DNA of 64,000 nucleotides from Lama guanicoe (Eukaryota): positions 1,905,205-1,969,204 of the forward strand of contig MU053559.1 of the NCBI GenBank assembly GCA_013239625.1. The letters run 5' to 3'. Every line of letters begins with the position of its first letter. The first letter of the stretch is position 1. The notes beneath the pieces were generated by a model. That model did not search any database, was not told the origin of the DNA, and saw nothing but the letters and a program-made list of their open reading frames with translations. Both the position numbers and the translations under genes were made by a program. Shown here in pieces: positions 63,901 through 64,000 of this stretch.

Positions 63901-64000
63901 TAACTTTGGTTTAGCTGATTTTTCTATACTGATTTTCTGTTTTGTATTTCATTGATTTCCACTCTAATTTTGATTTTCTTTCTTCTTGCCTTCTTTTTAA
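60930..64000 (-). mobile_element. L1MB-type element (3'UTR and degenerate ORF2), runs off the window
   Basis: ORF-track fragments CTSVDEWISKRWYIQTME and [10 protein letters not shown]...[18 protein letters not shown] (reverse transcriptase domain). Confidence 0.93.
61131..61227 (-). mobile_element. Camelid tRNA-Ala SINE nested in L1
   Basis: gaggtactggggattgaacc...ctctgccactgagcta. Confidence 0.85.

Overview
Mammalian (almost certainly camelid) genomic DNA, not prokaryotic. The taxon call rests on 11 copies of a tRNA-Ala-derived SINE matching the camelid Vic-1 type, plus artiodactyl-type L1 3' ends. Most of the window is interspersed repeats: L1, L2, L3/CR1, MIR, MaLR/ERVL/ERV1 solo LTRs and hAT/Tigger DNA elements, many nested and with readable target-site duplications (TSDs). 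There is one 48-N assembly gap. I find no intact protein-coding gene, functional RNA gene or CRISPR array. The most interesting signal is at 24-4206 on the minus strand: nine splice-site-bounded exon remnants with stops and frameshifts. Their peptides follow, in order, motifs of the DUF4062 domain of TEP1/TTC41/NWD-type NACHT proteins, which suggests a decayed unprocessed, possibly unitary, pseudogene. Other notable items are a probable SINE-mediated 3' transduction, one target site apparently hit by three successive retrotranspositions, a dense ERV1 solo-LTR cluster, a strong minus-strand bias of L1/SINE insertions and two enhancer-like motif clusters. Repeat subfamily names and protein similarities come from visual recognition and memory, not from searches.
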